From assembly GCA_963693365.1 (NCBI GenBank), contig CAVNZM010000006.1:10667355-10731354 (forward strand): a DNA stretch of 64,000 nucleotides. The letters are read 5' to 3'. The notes beneath the pieces were generated by a model. The model had not been told where the DNA came from, did not search any database, and worked only from the letters and a program-made list of their open reading frames with translations. Position numbers and translations under genes: made by a program. Shown piece by piece: positions 51,647-64,000 of this stretch (its first letter is position 1; every line of letters starts with the position of its first letter). This DNA is from Amoebidium appalachense. Its lineage: Eukaryota; Protista; Ichthyosporea.

Positions 51647-51941
51647 CTAGGAGGGGAGGGGGTGGGAGAAGGTAGATCCAAGGAGGGGGGGGAAGAGAGG
51701 GGGGAGGGGGGAGGGGGGGGGAAGAGAGGGGGAGGGGGGGGGGGAGAGAGAGAAGGGGGAGGGGAGGGAGAGGAGGGAGGGAGGGAGGGAGAAGGGGGGA
51801 AAGGCACCTTTCTGGTAGTATCCAAAGATCGCATCAACAGAAATTAGAGATGACGTGAGTAGGTGATCAGTAGGACTTTCGGCTGGATTTTGCCGGCAAC
51901 AAGTGCAAATAGACCCAAACTGAATTTGATGTTATTTTTTT

Positions 51942-52016
<75 letters not shown>

Positions 52017-52059
52017 GGGAGGGGGGAGGGGCAGGGTGTGGGTGGTGGAGGTGGAGGTG

Positions 52060-52109
<50 letters not shown>

Positions 52110-52842
52110 GGAGGGGGGGGAGGGGGGGGGGGGGGGGGGGGGGGGGTACCAACAGGTGCAATTGTTTAGTGCGTGTTTGGCAGCGCCGTAAAGTCGCGGT
52201 ATTCGTCTTTTCGCGCAAACCCGCGATTGAAAGTTTGCCCTACCAAACACGCCACAGCTTTCTAAACACGATAAAGACGATAGGCATAAATTTTTATCGC
52301 CGTTACTGGGTGTGTGTGTGTGCGTGCGCGCGTGTGTGTGCGTGTGTGTGGGTGTGGGTGTGGTGGTGGTGGGGGGGGAGGGGGGGGGGGATGCCACCGT
52401 CCTTTTTTTTCCCTTTTTTTTCGGGGGGAGGGGAGGGGGGGGGGGGGGAGGGGGGGAGGGGGATTTGGGGGGGGGGGGGGGTAGGGGGGAGGCAAAGGGC
52501 AGGCGAGTGTGGGATAGGGAGGGTGGGGTGGGGGGGTGGGGGAGAGGGGGGGGGGGGGGGGGCGGGGGGGTCCTAGGAAGTTGGTTTGGACATAGGCGAC
52601 ACGCAGGTAATTGAGGGCAGTGGAAGAACGGGCAAAAGAGTTGGAAACTGGCATATGGGCACCCAGTCAGGCATTCCTTATGCATGACTGTGCTACTAAT
52701 TATGACGGGGAAAAATCGTGAAACATAATATTGGCCGGATGTATGCCTCTCCTCTTTCCTCTCTGGTTCCGTCACCAGGTCTCGGCGTTTATGTACCTAC
52801 TAGTATTCATGGTGCGCATGATTTTAGGATAGTGTACCCACA

Positions 52843-52930
52843 TTTATTTTTTATTTTGTTTATTTTTTATCCCGTTTCACTCCCGGCGAGGCACTGCCTC
52901 AGGGGAGCTTACCGTCTTCCGCCTAGACAC
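52843..52930 (-). repeat. Short dispersed repeat resembling a retroposon (SINE/LINE) 3' end: stem-loop plus A-rich tail, copy A
   Basis: Minus strand reads ggaagacggtaagctcccctgaggcagtgcctcgccgggagtgaaacgggat followed by an A-rich tail. Homologue at 60031-60125. Confidence 0.5.
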
Positions 52931-53723
52931 ATATCGTACTGTATAGCACACTCATAAGTCAGGATTCTAATTGACCCCAACTGGCACTATTTTTTAGTTA
53001 CGCCTTATCCCACGGTTCTAGCATACTGTACCCACACACTGTGTGTTTTTTTTATGGTGAAACGTTGGAGGCATGAGTATTAAGCAGCGTGAGTGTGCAA
53101 AAACGCCGTGTGACGGTCTTAGCCTCTGTTTTGGGAAGTTTGTGTGTTGTGTGTAAGCACAGGGGGGAAGTAATACAGCAGGGCCATTGGATACCATTGG
53201 CAACTGAATTCTCTGAAACTTTAAAGTATAGAATTATCTCCCTTCTTCCAGACCAACACATTGGCTGGCAAACATCGACTCGTGAGATTGATAATTTGCC
53301 GTGTACTTTTGCCGAATTCGTGTTGAAAGAGTAGGATGCGAGAATGGAGAGCAATGAGGGATGGGAAACTGAGGAGGATGACGACAAGGTGGGGAAGGGG
53401 GGGAGGGGGGGGGGGGGGGGGGGGGGGGGGGAGGGGAGGGGAGGAAGCGGGGGGAGGGAGGGTGAAAAGATTCCGGCATGCCCTATACATAGTCAAGATA
53501 AGAACATCGACATGCACTGAAACGGTGCGAGAAGTTTCAAGGAATGCAAATGTATGTCTTTACAACGAATTGCTCTGTACAAAGCTATAGATCCGTGGCA
53601 CTTGAGCACTACTAACTACAGATTATATACCAGGGACTATACTATATCGGGATTCACAATTATGTCCATGTGCATCCTGCATGTCGATGCCATCAAATTA
53701 GAGCCGAGTTTCGTTTGCACCAA

Positions 53724-54576
53724 CTAGACTCTGACAAAAGCCTGTGCGGCTGTGGCCGGCACCTCATCGCCAAACAAGACACTGCCGGGCCGCACGAGGT
53801 CAAGCCGGGCCTTGGGCACGGCCAGCGTGGCGTAGGAGCTCGCAGCGTGCAGCAGCAGCACGCTGCGGTCCAGCCCGCCCTCGCGCACGAGCCACTTGCT
53901 GTCCTTGACAAACCTCGCCAGCCCGCCCACCACGGCAGGCTTGTCCTCGGCGGCAAAGTGCGTCATGATGCCGGCCACGCTCAGCCCCGGCAGCTCGAGC
54001 ATGGCCAGGGCGTCGGCCCTGCCCTCCTCGCTGCCCACATCCAGCCACCTCCGCATGCCGCCCGACGAGAGCGCCACGTGCACAGGGACGGTGCTGTTGT
54101 GCCGTTGCGCCGTGTCCGACACCTCCTGGGCCACAGCCAGGCTGGTCACAAGCTCGTCCACACGGAGCCCCAGCGCAGACTCCACCTCGGCCGCGGTGGC
54201 GGGGCGAAGGCGAATGATGCGGCCGGTGAAGTTGCCGTCACGCACGGCCTGTGCCTCCGCGTTGGTGGCCACACCCACACAGGGGATGTCTGCGGCAAGG
54301 ATGGCCGGCAGCACAACCTCGATGCCCCACCCATAGGCGTTGTGCTTGAGGGCCGGGCAAATCTGTGGGCCAGCCTCGCCTAGAATGTCTTTGAGCGTGT
54401 CGATGTTCTGCCCGAATGCAGTGACTTTGGGCTGCAGGCTGGGGGCCACCGACGGAGGGGGTGGGGGCGGAGCTGGAAGCAGTGGGCGCAGCAAAGGCGG
54501 CAGTGGCGGCCAAGGCAAGGCCGAGCACGGCGGGGAGGAGGGCGCCGAAGGATCTGGAAGCACTGGAGCGGGTCAT
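53724..54576 (-). CDS. Secreted alanine-racemase-family (Bsr-like) N-terminal PLP-barrel protein, copy 1, with an apparent +1 frameshift in a C-run
   Basis: gccaccATG at 54576; signal peptide ending AAFA-AP; ICPALKHNAYG, GVATNAEA, VHVALSSGGM, GIMTHF, LHAASS, LDLVRPGSVLFGD. The G5 run at 54457-54461 has one more base than in copy 2. TATA at 54707-54714 and CCAAT at 54736-54740. Confidence 0.8.
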
Positions 54577-55522
54577 GGTGGCGTGCACGTAGAGCGTGAG
54601 GACAAAGTGTTGGTAAATGGAACTGGCGGGTATGGAGATTTGCTTTGGGTAACGCCTTGCGGAGGTTGTGTTGTCGACTAAAAGTATCCACTCTCGGGAT
54701 TCTCATTTTATATAGTTTTTGGTGATGTAGAATAGCCAATCAAAATGAGGACGTCTGCCGCATTGTTTACATTCCAAGTCACTGATCTAAAAATAGCACC
54801 CATGTCAAGATCTCGATTCTGAGCTCGAGGATCCGATATTACAGTATGTACATTGTAGCCTTACTCAAATCAGTGACAACTCTGCATTCAGCCTGAGCAA
54901 ATTCACCGTGTCAACGTACAGATATTCCTCTCTCTTACTCATCTATTTATATTCTTTTTTGCCACAAGCTGCAGCCTGTCTTTGATGCATGGGGGACACT
55001 GATTGGGGGTAACACCGCGCATTCCTGAGCACATTCCGAAGAAGTTTGACGTCACTGCATTCTCTGGCCGTCCCAAGCTTGCACAGGTCCTTGAATTGCA
55101 AGGCCGTGCAAGAACAGAGCCTGTTGCCATACAGCCTTACTTATATAAAAAATTTACTACTGTGTTATTTTGAATAAAATAAGGAGGAAGGACTGCGAAT
55201 TTCAATGATGGGCGAGCGATCTTACTTGCCGTTTGCAGCTAACTAGTGTTGTGCTGTCACTGCTGTGCTATTTTTATTCTGGCACAAGATCACGAATTGT
55301 AAACAAATACACAAAACTTTTATCAATCGTTTGATTGGATGCCCGTTCCACGCAAAAAGCTATATAAACTCCGGGAGTCAACAAAAGGCAACCAGTCAAC
55401 CATTCTCAGTTCCGAGGTCATACAGTACACACCTGTCAATCAGCGCCAACCTCCGGTTATCAAATCTAATTCTACCTACCATATCTCTTCTTGCACTCTG
55501 TAGTAGCTACGTGAACGCCACC

Positions 55523-56371
55523 ATGACCCGCCCCAGTGCTTCCAGATCCTTCAGCGCCCTCCTTCCCGCCGTGCTCGGCCTTGCCTTGGCTGCCACTGCC
55601 GCCTTTGCTGCGCCCACTGCTTCCTCCGCCCCCACCCCTCCGTCGATGGCCCCCAGCCTGCAGCCCAACGTCACTGCATTCGAGCAGAACATCGATACGC
55701 TCCAGGACATTCTAGGCGAGGCTGGCCCACAGATTTGCCCGGCCCTCAAGCACAACGCCTATGGGCGGGGCATCGAGGCCGTGCTGCCGGCCATCCTAGC
55801 CACAGACATCCCCTGTGTGGGTGTGGCTACCAACGCGGAGGCACAGGCCGTGCGTGACGGCAACTTCACCGGCCGCATCATTCGCCTTCGCCCCGCCACC
55901 GCGGCCGAGGTGGAGTCTGCGCTGGGGCTCCGTGTGGACGAGCTTGTGGCCAGCCTGGCTGGGGCCCAGGAGGTGTCGGACACGGCGCAGCGGCACAACA
56001 GCACCGTCCCTGTGCACGTGGCGCTCTCGTCGGGCGGCATGCGGAGGTGGCTAGATGTGGGCAGCGAGGAGGGCAGGGCCGACGCCCTGGCCATTCTCGA
56101 GCTGCCGGGGCTGAGCGTGGCCGGCATCATGACGCACTTTGCCGCCGAGGACAAGCCTGCCGTGGTGGGCGGGCTAGCGAGGTTTGTCAAGGACAGCAAG
56201 TGGCTCGTGCGCGAGGGCGGGCTGGACCGCAGCGCGCTGCTGCTGCACGCTGCGAGCTCCTACGCCTCGCTGGCCGTGCCCAAGGCCCGGCTTGACCTCG
56301 TGCGGCCCGGCAGTGTCCTCTTTGGCGATGAGATGCCGGCCACGGCCGCACAGGCTTTTGTCAGAGTCTAG
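55523..56371 (+). CDS. Secreted alanine-racemase-family (Bsr-like) N-terminal PLP-barrel protein, copy 2, 282 aa, intronless
   Basis: gccaccATG at 55523, uninterrupted to TAG at 56371. Same motifs as copy 1, with the PLP lysine in LKHNAYG. TATATAAA at 55361-55368 and ATTGG at 55334-55338. Confidence 0.9.
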   Translation: MTRPSASRSFSALLPAVLGLALAATAAFAAPTASSAPTPPSMAPSLQPNVTAFEQNIDTLQDILGEAGPQICPALKHNAYGRGIEAVLPAILATDIPCVGVATNAEAQAVRDGNFTGRIIRLRPATAAEVESALGLRVDELVASLAGAQEVSDTAQRHNSTVPVHVALSSGGMRRWLDVGSEEGRADALAILELPGLSVAGIMTHFAAEDKPAVVGGLARFVKDSKWLVREGGLDRSALLLHAASSYASLAVPKARLDLVRPGSVLFGDEMPATAAQAFVRV

Positions 56372-56976
56372 TTGGTGCAAACGAAACTCGGCTGTAATTT
56401 GATGCAGCGACATGCATGTAATATAATCCCTGGATATATAAAGTCTGTATTATAATACTCAAATGCACGGATCTATCTTTGTATCTAACTAATATTAGTC
56501 GTCATAAAAACGTACGGTAGACAGCTGCACAGAATTCTCGCTTGCATACATAGCCCGATATCGATGAGACTTCGTTGCATTTTCTCTTACCATGTACCGG
56601 TCCATGCTTAATGCATGAATCCTCTAACAAATCTGGACGTATACGTTGTAAATAGATCATGGTTATTGAATCCAGTTTTACAAAATCCCTCCCCCCTCCC
56701 CCCTCCCCCTCTCCCCCCTTCAACCGTACCCTCCCCCCCCTCCCCCCATTTCTTCCCTGCCTCTCGTCGCTCACGGTTCTCAGGCGTCCCAATGACTCTT
56801 AACGCCTGGCAATCGAGATTCTCTGTTGCAATATTTCCTTTTGCCGATGTGTTTCTGGAAGAAGCTAGGTTTTCTACTTCTTCTTTTTTTTTTTTGATTA
56901 AAAAAAAAAAACAAAAAAAAAAAAACGGTATGCAATGTGTTTGCGGTGCTACTGGGTACCTTTCTCTCCCCATTGA

Positions 56977-57045
<69 letters not shown>

Positions 57046-57888
57046 AGAAGAAGAAGAAGAAGAAGAAGAAGAAGAAAGTAAGAAAAAAGAAAGAAAGAAA
57101 GAAAAAGAAAAAAAGAAAAACAGCAAGAAAGGAAAAGATCTCCCCGCCCCTCCCCCCCTCTTCGCCTCACAGCCACACATTCATACTCAATCATTGTACA
57201 TAGACTTGCAGCCCTTATTGCTGCAGTATGTGCTTTTCTTCTAGAGATCGTAGTAGACATGCAGGCACGGTGCTTGTGTACACGCATGACCGGTTTACAC
57301 GGTCTATATTTTGGGAAACGATGGGAGCACTGTCCCTCGTGTGCATGTGTGGCTTACTGCGTTTTCCAGCACGGCTACACACACTAGACGAACGGCACCG
57401 CCGGCTATACCTACATCAAATTTACAGGATAGCTATTCACCCACGTGTCATTTTGATGGAAGCCCAGACAAAAAAAACAACAACAATAAAACTACGAATC
57501 AAACTGAGCCGAATTAGAAGGAATTCTATCACAGAGCACCCCTCCGAGTGGGGGTCTCCGCTGGAATAGGACCTACACAACTACGAAAGGAAGCAAAGCT
57601 CTTCTGGGGGGGGGTACCCCCGAGAGCAGCCACCACATTCAACACATCTCCGATTAAAGATACCAGCACAAGTGTACATTGTGTGGAGGCTGTGGGTATT
57701 CGTCACAACAACGTGTACAACACCAAGCCTTAAAAGCAATTTGTACATGACGGCCGTCCACTATGTATTTAATAAATACGCAATATCATCTGTATCACTC
57801 ATATGAAGTTACTAGGCCCACCTAAACATGGAAAGGAAGGACGTAGCTTAAATGCATGCACACATTCCCGCACGTACACACACACATG

Positions 57889-57919
<31 letters not shown>

Positions 57920-57920
57920 G

Positions 57921-57976
<56 letters not shown>

Positions 57977-57978
57977 GT

Positions 57979-58035
<57 letters not shown>

Positions 58036-58499
58036 CGCAAACACACACACGTGACGGACACACCACACACACCATATCATGTGCAATATAAGCTATACCC
58101 TATCAGTAGGCCATTGTTGTGTTTTCACTGTTCTTTCCTGTCGTGATTACTAAATTTATTAACAGTCGTGTGTGGAATGCCAGAGCCCATATCATGCAAC
58201 CCTGTATCCCTTCTCCCGTCCTTCCTTCTACCACCCCGTTTATCTGCCTTTCGCATATGCCTAGCCCATTATCCTAATCCCCCCTCCCCCCCTCCCCCCC
58301 CCCCCCTCCCTCCCTCCCCCCCCCCCCCCCCCCCTCCCCCCCGGGGCCCCCCCGCACTCCCCACCCGAATTTGCCTCTCCTCCCCCGTCCCCTCCCCCCT
58401 CCCTCTCACTCCTCTCCCCTCTTCCGCCAAACAGGGGCATGTCTATGAGTCCCTTTTCTCCCCAGCCCCTTTCCCACCTCTAGATCTTGTGATTTACTC

Positions 58500-58532
<33 letters not shown>

Positions 58533-58989
58533 GCGCGTGAAGCCCCCATTCTCACGGCACGCACATACAGACACAATGCCCATGTTCAGATGCATCGTTT
58601 ACCTGCCACGATGTATTATAATCATGATGCGCACACCAACTGTGGCCTCCCTGCCCCTATGTACCCTCCCCCCCCCCCCCCCCCCCCTCCTCCTTTTCCC
58701 CAACATCAAATCCCCTTCTAGGGTCTATTACAACGTGTAGCTGCTACTTTCAGCACGTGGCACCCGAGTAATCCTACTCAGCTCAGGCATCACTAATTTC
58801 TATTGAAGCGCTCTCTGATTAGAACCCTTAGGCTAGAAAGCAACCCCCCCTCCCCCCCCCCCCCCCCCCCCCCACCCCACCCCCCCTTCCCCCAGGTTGT
58901 GTGACGGGGCCGTACGCGGTAAACACTCACGTGTTTTATAAGGTTGCTATTTTGATGGTATCTATTACATATGGAACATCCTTTAACCT

Positions 58990-59039
<50 letters not shown>

Positions 59040-59405
59040 TTTTTTTTTTTGACATCCCGGATTTCATGTCGGCTCTCACCGGAGGCTCCTTATCTTTGCG
59101 TCGCCGGTTATTTAGAGGCCTCTGAGCCTCCCGACTGTGTTATCTAAAGCCCCCCCTCTCCCCCCCCCCTCCCCCCCCCCCCCCCCCCCCTTCAGGCCCC
59201 CACTTGCTTGTCTTCGTGCACCTCGATCTCTTCACATTATTGCCTCATAACATCTATTGCAGCCCCATCCACTAAGGGAATATCATGGGCATGTACCCAA
59301 CAATTTCAAAACAGTTGAAAGGATGGCTGATCTGAGACACACGGTGCCGTTTGTATTTACACATCCCCCCCTCCTCCCCCCGCCCCGCCCCTCTCCCCCC
59401 CCTCC

Positions 59406-59489
<84 letters not shown>

Positions 59490-60030
59490 TGACATCATAT
59501 TATATGTCGGGCAATCACCAATACATAGTGGAGGTGCAGGCTAGCGCACAACTGGTGGAGTGAATGCATAAAATGACTTACGGAAATTTAGAGAGTGTGG
59601 GTTCTAAGAAAGAACTAAACAGGTGGGACCGACACGGGTGGACTTGGTTTGATCTAGTGTGGGGGAAAACATGTGTGCCGCACCGTACACAACATGACCT
59701 GCAATACTGAGGGTACTGTGCTTATATACAACCCGGACCGTCCCGTCACTTGGTCACCGCTTCCGCCGATAGGAATTGGGCTGTAGCCGAACAGCCAATA
59801 GAATTACACCAAGTATTTGCCAATGATATTTTAAAGCCACGTCCAGCCAATAGACTCGCCCCGGTTTTATGTATGACCAAAGAAGGAGTTGACAACAAAG
59901 ACAATCTCCATGAACTACGAGCGAAGTAACACAAGACCGAAACCATACAACGGAGATAGCACAGCCAAAACAAGATAAGTAGAGACAAACTGAGTGTAAC
60001 ATCGAAACCACAAGACAAGACAACCCCCCC

Positions 60031-60125
60031 ATTTTTTATTATTATTATTATTTTTTTTTATCCCGTTTTGTTCCCGGAGGGACCCCTTGGGCCCTCAGGG
60101 GGAACTACCGTCTTCCACCCAGCAC
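60031..60125 (-). repeat. Short dispersed repeat resembling a retroposon 3' end, copy B
   Basis: Minus strand reads ggaagacggtagttccccctgagggcccaaggggtccctccgggaacaaaacgggat followed by an A/(TAA)n tail. Confidence 0.5.
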
Positions 60126-60511
60126 CGACAGTACTCTAGCTAGGGTGCTATGGTATTATTAGCTAAGCTAACACACCTTTAAACAATCCTAACTATTTGC
60201 ACACACTTTGCCCAGGGTATTCACCCCAGCCACGCCGCGACAAGACAAACCTAATGAGTACTCATTCCAAGTGCTGTGCACGAAGGGAACAGAAACCATG
60301 CATGCAGGTCATGCATAGCTATAAATCTTGCAATAAACCGTAAGCACAAAGGTATGCTATTGCAACAGGCAAGTATGTGCAATCTGGCAACAAGTGTACG
60401 TGCGCATCTACAGACTCAGAGGGAGAGACGGAGAGAAGGGGAGAGAGAGGGAGAGAGGGAGAGGAGAGGGAGAGAGGGAGAGGAGAGGGAGAGAGAACTT
60501 GAACCTACACT

Positions 60512-60655
<144 letters not shown>

Positions 60656-60785
60656 TGTGTGTGTGTCAAGAGGTAAGAGAGGACTCAATCTGGGAATTCA
60701 GCACACAAGCTTATGTATTAAATCAGGCAATACCTTGCGAGTTTACATCCCTCTCCGCCCATCCCTCCCCGGCTCCTGGGTCCTC

Positions 60786-60825
<40 letters not shown>

Positions 60826-61969
60826 CCCGCCCGCCATGTGCTCCCGCTCCATTTCATTCACCCCGTACACCCTAATACAGGGAGGCCCATCCCAGTACAC
60901 GTACACGCCAGACCACACACATGCATACATGCGGGGACACCCCCTCGATGCTTCCGAGGTGTGTGTGTATACATGCACGTACCGCTGCATGATTGCGATT
61001 TTTGACCATCTCGTGTCACTTTCTGTCTGTGCCACACAAGTGATGAAGTAGACCCGTTGTGATCACGGAGGCTAAATACCAGCTTACCATGGGTATGTTT
61101 CGTTCCATTCCAAAACAACACAGGCCGTAATTTGAATACTAAAAGGACCCGGTCGGTCTCTAAAGACATTAACAGCACTCCATGACTCACGTTTCATGAT
61201 GGTTTACGGGTTCCCGTGCACAAGCACGGCACTAAGTGTCACATGGGTGCAAACACACTTACGTACACAGAGTCTCGGACCCACATAAGAAAAGCAGACC
61301 CTGCACTTTCTCACGGGACACGTATCACACACAGCATTCATGGTAAAGTCAAATGTGCAAGGTATTTCTTTTCCAAAGAAGGTGGATATTTTAAAATTTC
61401 AAACCCACCCCCCGTCTTTTTTGGGGGGGGATCAGGGAGAGGGGGGAGGGAGGGGGGGGGGGGGGGGGGGGGGAAGGGCCCGGGGGGAGGGGGAGGGGGG
61501 TAGTACAGAATGCTAGGGACTCGGAGGGAGGGGAGGGCTAAACGGCAAGGCGGGGAGGGGGGGGGGAGGGAGGGAGGGGGGGGGCAAGTGATAAGTGGCC
61601 CAGGATAGCGAGGGCGCAAAGAGCCAACACATATGTTGTTATTGCGGTTAGGGACGATAAGGCTGGGGAATGTTAACCTTGAAAGTTATAAGGGGAAGGA
61701 AAGGGAGGTGGGGGCGGGAGGAGGGAGGGAGGGGGGGGGGGGGGGAGGGGAGGAGGGGAAACAGGATTTTCACAGGAGGCTGTGGTTTGGTCGACAACTT
61801 TGATCCTTCAACCCCCCCCCCTTCCCCCCCCCCCCCTCCCCCCCCTCCCCCTCTTCAAAACGGAAAAGAAAAAACCACCACCACCACCATTACCACCACC
61901 ACCACTAACCACATTGTACTCCCACCCACCCCTAATTCTGGTCCATCCGCAGTTGGTAAAATAGACCGA

Positions 61970-62002
<33 letters not shown>

Positions 62003-62173
62003 CCCTCTCCCGGGAACCGTTGCCGCAATAACACCAACAATCACCACCACCCATTCACCCACTACCTTTTAAAACCCACTTCGAACGTGTAAAAGCCCCC
62101 CCCCCCCCCCCCCCCCCCCCCCCCGCCCCCCCTCCCCTCCCCCCCCCCCCCTCCCCCATTCCCCTCTCTCCCC

Positions 62174-62216
<43 letters not shown>

Positions 62217-62446
62217 GGCCCCCTCCCCCCTCCCCCTCCCCCCTCCGCCCTGGAACGGGAGATTTAGGGAGACAGTACCTTAGAACTCGATCAAAACATA
62301 TGAAAATCATCAGCTGTCACGAAAGCAAAAATGGCTTCCCGATCAACACAACCATCTAAATACTACGCGAGTCTTAATAGTGCACAAGTTGCCCGGTGCA
62401 AAAGCCACCTGCTCCCCCCCCCCCCCCCCCCCTCCTCCCCCCCCCC

Positions 62447-62493
<47 letters not shown>

Positions 62494-62638
62494 CCCCCCC
62501 CCCCCCCCCCCCCCCCCCCGCTGCGCAGGGGGCTCCCGTTCCCCTTTTCCTATGCGTTCCCCTTTTCCTATGGGTTGGAATTCATGGCTTTCGGTGACAA
62601 CACGACGACAGGCACATTGTGCAAACAAATTACCACCC

Positions 62639-62722
62639 TTTCCCCTTTCTCTTACATTAAGGTGTGTTTCCCCTTTCTCTTACATTAAGGTGTGTTTCCC
62701 CTTTCTCTTACATTAAGGTGTG
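62639..62722. repeat. Perfect 28-bp x3 tandem repeat
   Basis: tttcccctttctcttacattaaggtgtg three times with no spacers. Confidence 0.95.
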
Positions 62723-63796
62723 CCATATAAAGCAACCACTCCAAAGCACCTGAGTTCCGTTTGGGCAATGAAAGTGCAGCAAATCCAATACCTAATTTGG
62801 TAACCAATTACCACACCTCGGGCCGCATAGTATTCCACACATCGGACCATATATGGTATGCATCGATATGTTGCAATACATTCCTTGGGCGGGGGGGGGG
62901 GGGGGGGGGGAAGAGTCCGACAGCGAGCCTCGGAGAGAGAGAGAGAGAGAGAGAGAGTAGAAAATGTCGATATCCGGCAGGCTCTTGGTAGCCTCCTCCT
63001 CCTCCCCCCCCCCCCCCTCCCCCCCTCTCCCCCCCCCCCCCCCCTCTGGGAGACCCGGTTCAACCCGTCAGGACATCAGGAGAGCAACACCATCATCATG
63101 CAGGCTAATCTAGCACATTGTTTCTGCTAATGTGCCTTTTGAAGGCGAACTCCCTCGCGCAACTCTGCCAAGAGCAGGCGATGTCTGCTTCAGCAAGTTT
63201 GTTCTGTTGCAATCAGCAAAGTCATTCTGCTCAAAGTAGACTAACTTGGCGCACCAAGAATAATTCTGCTGTTGCAGAATCTATCTCTTTTAAGCAGAAT
63301 GATAACGTTTTTGCAGATTATTCCATTTCTGCTAAACAATTCTTCTCAGAATTTGAAACAGAATAACTCAATTTTGGGCGAATAATTCAGCATGATCACG
63401 GTTTATTTTACTCTGTTGATGTGGATTGAGGTTGTATTTTCCTTTCTTCCTTTTTCTTTTCTCATTCACGATCAGTGTTTTCCTCGGGGTTTTTTTTGGG
63501 TGGAGGAAAGGGGGGGGGGGGGGGGGGGGGGGGGGGGAGGGGAGGAGAGATGGAGAGAGAGTGAGCATAAGAGAGGGCTTGGAAGGCACAGAGAGAGAGT
63601 TAGAGAGGGGCCGGGAAAGAGAGGGAGACCTGGAAGAGAAAAACTTTTCGTGGTGGTGGTGGTGGTGGGGGGGGGGGGGGGGAGAGAGAGAGGGAGAGGG
63701 AGGGATGGGGAGGGAGAGAGAGGGAGAGAGAGACTCTGGCGAGAGAGAGAGAGAGGGAGAGATATAGAGAGATAGGGGGGGGGGGGGGGGGGGGGG

Positions 63797-64000
<204 letters not shown>

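Noticed and set aside
53670-54383. 237-aa plus-strand ORF and similar overlapping ORFs around both racemase copies
   Set aside because: Antisense or alternate-frame shadows of GC-rich coding sequence.
55265-55522. 86-aa N-terminal extension of racemase copy 2 in the ORF track
   Set aside because: It starts at a non-ATG codon, spans the TATA box and is not conserved in copy 1. The true start is gccaccATG at 55523.
59740-60030. CCAAT-rich, A-rich stretch resembling a solo LTR (similar impression at ~850-1430)
   Set aside because: No second copy, no TG...CA ends with target duplication, and no primer-binding site identified.
62639-62722. 28-bp repeats of CRISPR-like length
   Set aside because: Head-to-tail with no spacers, no cas genes, eukaryotic context; an ordinary minisatellite.

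Overview
Eukaryotic genomic DNA, intron-rich and saturated with poly-G/poly-C, (CA)n/(TG)n and (GA)n tracts, so most of the supplied ORFs are repeat artefacts. The lineage cannot be fixed from this window; a unicellular opisthokont is plausible but unproven. I assembled spliced gene models by hand from splice sites and phase. They are: (1) a ~1540-aa, 6-exon protein combining a DUF6729-like Cys domain, a Mutator-like D-D-DxxH-E core, an embedded DEDDy 3'-5' exonuclease and a zinc knuckle, with degenerate inverted ends (probable DNA transposon); (2) a 3-exon orphan gene; (3) an HSF-domain transcription factor; (4) a 17-exon NFXL1/NF-X1-type zinc-finger gene head-to-head with (5) a 5-exon dUTPase; and (6) an inverted pair of intronless, secreted, C-terminally truncated homologues of bacterial broad-spectrum racemases (probable horizontal transfer). 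There is also a pogo/CENP-B relic and a Cys-rich secreted ORF broken by two TAG codons. The most novel signal is a dispersed non-coding element in three copies (17.4, 48.3 and 50.4 kb). Its ~160-nt core keeps a multi-stem fold through pair-preserving changes, two copies lie sense inside introns of unrelated genes, and it matches no RNA family I recognise.
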